Below, one piece after another: positions 60,737-64,000 of a stretch of 64,000 nucleotides of DNA. This DNA is from Camelus dromedarius. Lineage: Eukaryota. Position 1 is the first letter of the stretch. Every line of letters starts with the position of its first letter. Below the pieces are notes generated by a model. It saw nothing but the letters and a program-made list of their open reading frames with translations. It ran no database searches and was not told the DNA's origin. Both the position numbers and the translations under genes were made by a program. The DNA lies in contig NC_087436.1 of assembly GCF_036321535.1 (NCBI RefSeq), positions 20,214,001 to 20,278,000 of the forward strand. The letters run 5' to 3'.

Positions 60737-60927
60737 CACTGTTTCACAGCCTAGTTTATTACATTTCCTTCGTTGTGATTGCCTGGGGGTGCTTACTGGG
60801 AATACAGATTCCTGAAAATCACTTTCCCAGTCTGTTTCAGCTGTCTGAGGTGGGGCATGGGACTCTGCATTGTACCAAGCATCCTCAGATCATTTCCAAA
60901 CACACTAAAATCTGAGAATCACCGCTG
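60737..60927. mobile_element. MER5B-type hAT MITE
   Basis: aatacagattcctg...tggggcatgggactctgcattgtaccaagcatcctcag...aaatctgagaatcaccg. Confidence 0.7.
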
Positions 60928-63271
60928 AGAGTTAAGCAGCAGTCATTGTTATTTTTGAAACAATGGCTGCCTTTAAATTCAGATTTAGAGTTTGGTTATA
61001 CCTGGGTTTACAGTCACACCAGCCAAAAGAAAGGAAGTTTCCTTTAGCCTGGGAGGGGGGCCAATCAGGACCATGATCAGGCAGCAGTAGACATTAGAAA
61101 TGATGGGATCCCATTTCACCAGGGATCAGAGAGGCGGACTCAGGGAAGCGGCCCTCAGCACAACAGCTGAGTCCACTTAGTCTGTTGTTCCTGTTTGTAC
61201 ATTAATTAAGTCAAAGGTGTGGGGCAAAAAATGTTCAGTATGTTCTTAGCTGTGAGCTCAAGGCCACCACCTAGCCAAAACTAATATCATAAACAAGGCT
61301 GCCAACGAGGGACAGCGCGGTCCAAAGACTCATTCACCACGGAAGTCATCTGGCAGAACTGGAGGGTTAGTGGAGAAACATAATGAAATCTGTTGTCCTC
61401 ACACAATATTCTGAAGATACATCAGACAATGTATGTGCTTTTACAATCACGGTTTCTAAAGGGAGTTCCAGTGCCTGGCTGAGAGAGAAAAGCTGAAACA
61501 AGGGGCGTGTTACTTGTTTACAATTGTTGGGTCATTAGTGGCGAGGAAACCTGCTGGTAAAGTGAGGGACAGAAGGAGGGGACAGTGTATTTCTTAAAGG
61601 AGTTGAAAAAAAACACAAAGTGAGAAAAACAAAGGGGGGTGGGTAAAGATTAGGGAAATGAAAGAACAAAGAAGAAAATCTGGTTGCCTGGAGATTTTTG
61701 TTTTTTAGAAACATCACTACCAGCAGTTGTCCAGAAAGAACTATTATTCTCTGTTTTAATTAAATAATTTTCCATCTATTTTGTCTTTATGTATACGGAA
61801 ACAATCCTAAGATAGCTGATTGAATTGTAAGCATCTTCCTGCATCCTGTGTATCTGATGATTTAAACTGCAAGTCTGGGTCAAAGGAGAAATTTTAGAAA
61901 AAGAGTTCCCTGATACGCTAAAGACACTTCTATTGAGACTTTCCCCTTCTAGACCTTCTGAAAATAAGTGACTGCAAACATGGGATTTACAGCCCTGGCT
62001 GTACAACTCTGAAGGTAAATGACATTACTCTAGGGAGCAATGCAGCATTTGGCAGGGGCCTATAGGACAAATGGCATTTTTTTTTTTAGGGCTGAAGGAA
62101 GTGCCAGGAGAGGCTACTGTGCCTGGAAATTACCTTGTGTTCTATTACGGGAATTCATCAGGTCCATTTGGGACCTGCTTACAAATTCCTTGACAAAAAT
62201 TACAGTGGTACCAACTGCTTTTACTGCTATTTTGCACCCTGAGGAGCAGTAGTTAGAAACACAAGTGCTTAAAGGGGCCAGGCTGAAAACGCATTTGAGC
62301 GAAGCAGGCCATGACTGAAAGCACCGGGGGCTACAGAAAACTGGAGAACATGGGCTCGTTCGGACAGCCCGGCAGATCTATATCCCTGAACCAGTTCAGC
62401 TTCCCCAGCCTCCCTGTCTGATACCCAGGTGCAGGAATGACGGAGAAAATAACATGATTGTGTTAGGAATCCTAAACCATCCAAATCACACTGCACCCAG
62501 ATCATTACTTTGTAAATTCTAAGATAAGCCAAACCAAGATTACACGCATTCCTACATTTTCCTCTTTGTCTCTTCTTTCTACCCTCTTATTTTCACTTAC
62601 CTTTTAAATCAGTATATCAAGACCTGGTTGTAAACATCCACCATGTACAGGTAAGCACCAGATGAATCTCTAAAGAATGAAATAGAGTCTCCGAGCTCAG
62701 GGAAGTTTAGAATGTACTAGGGAAGGCAAGAAACCAACAAGAGAAAAAGCAATGTGGACTGCATAACCCAAGAGATGTCTCCAGGTGGTTAGCAAATGTG
62801 TTACTATGACTCCAGAGGAATTACAGATCAAAGCAAAATGAACTGCTGTGCTCTCAGATTTCTTGAACAAGATGTGACTTGAAACGCCCTGGAAAGGAAG
62901 TCAGATTTAGCTTACTTAGAGAAGATAGGAATAGAGAGAATGGTTTGGGTGATAGGTCCAGAGTGAGCAGAGGAATACCAGAAGGTCAAGCTTTTATCCT
63001 TCCTTTCTTTCCTTCTTTTTAGCCAACTCCGTAGTTTCCAAAGATGATCAGAAAATAATGGGAAATAATTAGAAAATGTTGGGGGGGTGGGGTGTGTATT
63101 GTCCTGAGAATGGGGAAAAGCATTTTTTGTCCTTGTATTCTGGAAAGTCCTTGTAAGTCTGTGTTACTCATTGCAGATTCTGAGTTACTAAATGCTTTGT
63201 GACTCTGGCCTGGGACTGTGTCACGAAAAGCACTATCTCCACCTTTTGGAGCAGGAATTAAGTCCTATACA

Positions 63272-63700
63272 GGTTATCAGGTAGTGTGGCCTTTGGCTGA
63301 AAAACAACAGAAATCACAACTCAAAATGGCTTAAACAATAAAGAACATATATTACCTACGTAACAAGAACTGCAGAGGTTGGGAATATTCTCCAGGGCTG
63401 GTTAATGCAATGACCTGGCAACATCATCAAAACCTAGGTTCTCTTTAACTGTCCTCTCTGCCATCCCCTGAGCATGTTTCCTGTGTCCTCAGACTTAGCA
63501 CTCCTGATGGTTGCAAGGTGGCTGCAGCAGCGTCAGGTGGCCCATTAACACACGAAAATGTCCCACAGCAGAAGGTAACACTCTTCCTCTGTGTGTCTTT
63601 TTAAGAGAAAGGAAATCTTTCTCATAAAGTCTCCGATAGACCTCCCTTGATGAATTCTCTCTGAGATTGGGTCATATGGCCCCTTTAAAAACCGGTCACT
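63272..63700 (-). mobile_element. MLT1J/K-type MaLR LTR
   Basis: aactcaaaatggcttaaacaataaag...ggttgcaaggtggctgcagcagc...gattgggtcatatggccc. Confidence 0.75.
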
Positions 63701-63703
63701 ATT

Positions 63704-64000
63704 CGAGACACTATCAACCTCCTAGAAGAAAACATAGGCAAAACATTCTCTGACATAAATCTTAGCAATGTTCTCCTAAGGCAGTCTACCAAGGCAATAG
63801 AAATAAAAGCAAAAATAAACAAATGGACCTAATTCAACTTATAAGCTTTTGCACAGCAAAATAAACTATAAATAAAATGAAAAGACAACCTACAGAATGG
63901 GAGAAAATATTTGCAAACAGTGTGACTGACAAGGGCTTTATTTTCAGAATATACAAACAGTTCATACAACTCAATAACAAAAAAAAACAAACAACCCAAT
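63704..64000 (+). mobile_element. L1 ORF2 fragment (young, frameshifted), runs off window
   Basis: Translates to TINLLEENIGKTFSDINLSN...KAIEIKAKINK then, shifted, SFCTAK*TINKMKRQPTEWEKIFAN. Confidence 0.95.

Noticed and set aside
1..64000. A novel multi-gene system, CRISPR array or prokaryote-style operon
   Set aside because: The sequence is mammalian repeat-rich DNA with no long ORFs and no repeat-spacer array; the recurring repeats are dispersed SINE/LINE copies

Overview
Mammalian, AT-rich, repeat-dominated, mostly non-coding DNA. It is very probably camelid (alpaca/vicuna/camel): it holds seven tRNA-derived SINEs that look like Vic-1 and many cetartiodactyl-type L1 3' tails. Roughly half the window is transposable-element relics (young L1 tails with TSDs, old L1M, L2, MIR, MaLR/MLT1, MLT2, MER31, LTR16, hAT MERs), often nested. 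None of the supplied ORFs looks like a real cellular gene; the only protein homology I recognise is decayed L1 ORF2. The best gene candidate is a possible + strand terminal exon at about 19469-20200 (strong acceptor, short stop-terminated frame, repeat-free UTR-like tract, duplicated ATTAAA), which I cannot assign to a named gene. The most informative signals are retrotransposition micro-structures: a nested L1 with a 3' transduction, a SINE-L1 composite under one TSD pair, and tiny TSD-flanked poly(A) orphans. Also notable are a near-complete ancient MaLR provirus, an octamer-motif minisatellite and two STAT+AP-1 motif clusters. I see no support for a genuinely new biological system. Repeat family names come from recalled consensus motifs, not from a database search, and boundaries of old elements are approximate.
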